A stretch of 64,000 bases of DNA, from assembly GCA_051362555.1 (NCBI GenBank), contig CM120647.1, forward strand, positions 1,736,001-1,800,000, read 5' to 3'. The notes beneath the pieces are model-generated. The model ran no database searches. It was not told the DNA's origin and worked only from the letters and a program-made list of their open reading frames with translations. Positions 61,644 through 64,000 of the stretch are shown here, piece by piece. The first letter of the stretch is position 1; every line of letters begins with the position of its first letter. A program made the translations under genes and the position numbers. Source of the stretch: Lingula anatina (taxonomy: Eukaryota > Animalia > Brachiopoda).

Positions 61644-62373
61644 GATTCTAGGACAATCCACCCCCCCCCCAGACAATTCCCCCCCACCCCCCAGGACAAT
61701 TCTCCTCGGACGATTCCTTCTCAAAAATTTATAATGAATTCCCTTTTCATTGAGTACAAGTACAGGAAGATTTATTAAATATATAATTGAAGTATAACCA
61801 CCTATCCTTCAGGTAAAGGTGGGCAAAACAGATGAACGGGTAAACAGATATTTTATGAATATTTTAGTGTGGTGGATGGTGGGTAGTGGTCAAGCAATTG
61901 AAACTGACAAAAAGTCAAAGGGATACATGGATAAGCGAGAATATCAGTATATACCCAACCTCCCCCTGGAGATGCACCTTGATTCAAGATTTATTCAATC
62001 AAGGGGGGGGGGGGTAATAAAGCAATTAAAAGTAACAGTTAATTCATCAAAGGGTTACCTTGATGAGTAAGAATACCCCTCCTTTACCTGGAGATATACT
62101 TTTAATAAAATATTTTTAATAAAATGTTCTATACTTTTGCCTCGAAAATTTATGTACTTGTACTCCATGAAAATAACTTGTTTAATTCCATTAATATTAT
62201 ATATCCTTGAGTTGCATCATCACACTAAGAAATATTCAGAAAACGGATGAAAAGATTTGAACTTTATACTCTTTACTTTATATTTCTATATAAATATACA
62301 TTCTTTGGGTTGTGGGGGGGGGGGGGGAATCGTCAGGGGGAAATTGTCCTGGGGGGGGAATTATTCGGATACC
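61644..62373. mobile_element. Mutator-like (MULE) non-autonomous element with 9-bp target-site duplication
   Basis: Direct repeat gggttgaat at 61635-61643 and 62374-62382. Subterminal ggacaattcccc repeats on the left are mirrored by ggggaaattgtcc on the right. Confidence 0.8.
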
Positions 62374-63723
62374 GGGTTGAATATTTACCAAGACAGAGTA
62401 GTGTCCTCTTCTGATACACACTCCTACAATCACATCATATACTTGGAGGACTTTCTATATCACAAACAAAGAAAAAAATTAAAATAGAAGCAAGTGAAAT
62501 TTAATTCAAATTAATCTATTAATTACAATTTTGGATAGGAAATAATTACTAACGGCATGCCACCATACCTATATTTCTATGGAAATTAAAAAAGTATTGA
62601 GAATAATGTTCTTTTTTAACATAAATACAGAAGGTTAACTTTTAATAAACTTTTATTTATGTATTAATGAATTTCCAAAAGTTCTAGTAAATTTAAAGGT
62701 GGCTAAAATAAAATCCAATGTTTTCATCACATTATTTGAGTTTTAGATTACAACACCAACCATAAGAGACAGTGCAATCACATTTGAACAAATTGCATAT
62801 GGCTAACCTTAGAAAAGTAATTCATGTCTCCGTCATATATAATTCTTGACATTATATGAAGGCTCATATGGAATACCTGTTAAAAGAATCATTTTAATGA
62901 GGGGAAACATCTTGGCAGCTGTAAAATTCATAATATTATATTATCATCTTATCATGCATGATGCTATGATATACAAAGACTGATATATACAACACATTCT
63001 TTTTTACAATTTTAATGTAACATTCAGAGCTTAAAGAGATAACTACTCTTTGTATGAGATTTATGCTTAATAATAAATAGATTTTAATCAATCACAGAAA
63101 TATAATAAACTCTATTTTTCCACTAAAATGTTATTTATCGCAATTAATCTGGAATCTGTGCTTTTCATCGAATTACGCGACCTCCATAGATGATTAGCCT
63201 TTGTAATAATGTCTTAAGAGACAAGCTTTAAAAAATCTGGACTAACTCTGAATATCGAAATGGATTTATTTACCATTGGTATGTAAGGGAAAACAGAAAA
63301 ATCCGTTTTCTGGTAAAAATAAGAAGTTTTTTTTTCCTTAATAAAAATTATTTTTTTCACAATAATAATAACAATGATGGTTGTTATTATTACTTGTATG
63401 ATTATTTTATATTTATTAATTTTAGCCAAATGTCATTGGTGATTTCGCATGTGACATTTAATTTTGTCATCTTATATTGTACCTGTACTTTGTTAGAACT
63501 CTTACCTTCTTACCATTGGCACTTCTGCCACTGATAAGATCGAGATAACTGTCAATTACCTAAAACATAAAGCATGTTATATATCTCATTTTAAATAAAT
63601 CAAACAGCAGAAAGAGAAATACATGTGAGTATGTATGTACTATTAGAAACAAGGCAAATTCTGCAAGGCATTATTTAAGTCTATGTTTTAACATTAGATA
63701 TTCATAAGATTCTTTTATTTTAC

Positions 63724-64000
63724 CTGTGCAACAAAACTGTTTACTTACTTCATCAGTAAGCATCCCATTTATAGATGAACTGCTATCGTATGTGATGGGA
63801 TGGGATTTATATTTTCCGAGTGTTCTGTTGGTTGACTCCATGTTGGAGTCTTTGTAAATGACAGAGTGTTTGATACTTTCCTCAAAGATGGTGTTCTTCA
63901 TGGAAGAGGGAGTTACAATATTGGATTTGGTAGAGTGAACAATATTGGATTTGTCGGTGCTTCTGTGGTTGGATTGGACAACAGGGCTGGTAGGCATATT
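63724..64000 (-). CDS. Partial exon of a minus-strand gene entering from the right edge (Ser/Thr/Asn-rich, unidentified)
   Basis: Open frame ...SSSSINGMLTDEVSKQFCCT ends at the donor cag|gtaaa (intron from 63723). A candidate next exon after tgttttag (about 63559) would add GN*. Confidence 0.4.

Overview
Eukaryotic (invertebrate animal-like) genomic DNA: AT-rich introns, GT-AG spliced GC-richer exons, microsatellites and many non-autonomous transposons. No prokaryotic operons, CRISPR arrays, rRNA or tRNA genes were seen. Left part (1-14.9 kb): two tandem minus-strand copies, about 10.4 kb apart, of an intronless RING/B-box/coiled-coil/NHL (TRIM2/3-like) gene, each with its own independently expanded proline-rich linker. 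The complete copy has an in-frame TAG inside the NHL region. Middle (19.6-51.7 kb): a plus-strand tandem cluster of four secreted signal peptide-VWA-thrombospondin type 1 (TSP1) genes, whose exons I assembled by hand. Gene A is VWA-3xTSP1 plus a SUEL/rhamnose-binding-lectin-like tail. Genes B and C are recent duplicates with VWA-1xTSP1. Gene D is VWA, a Thr/Pro mucin stalk and 4xTSP1. All four share an unusual 8-cysteine first TSP1 module. Right part: a phase-compatible but stop-riddled chain of five exons (probable pseudogene), TE remnants, and the 3' end of a minus-strand gene entering from the right edge. All gene models and family calls are manual, with no database searches.
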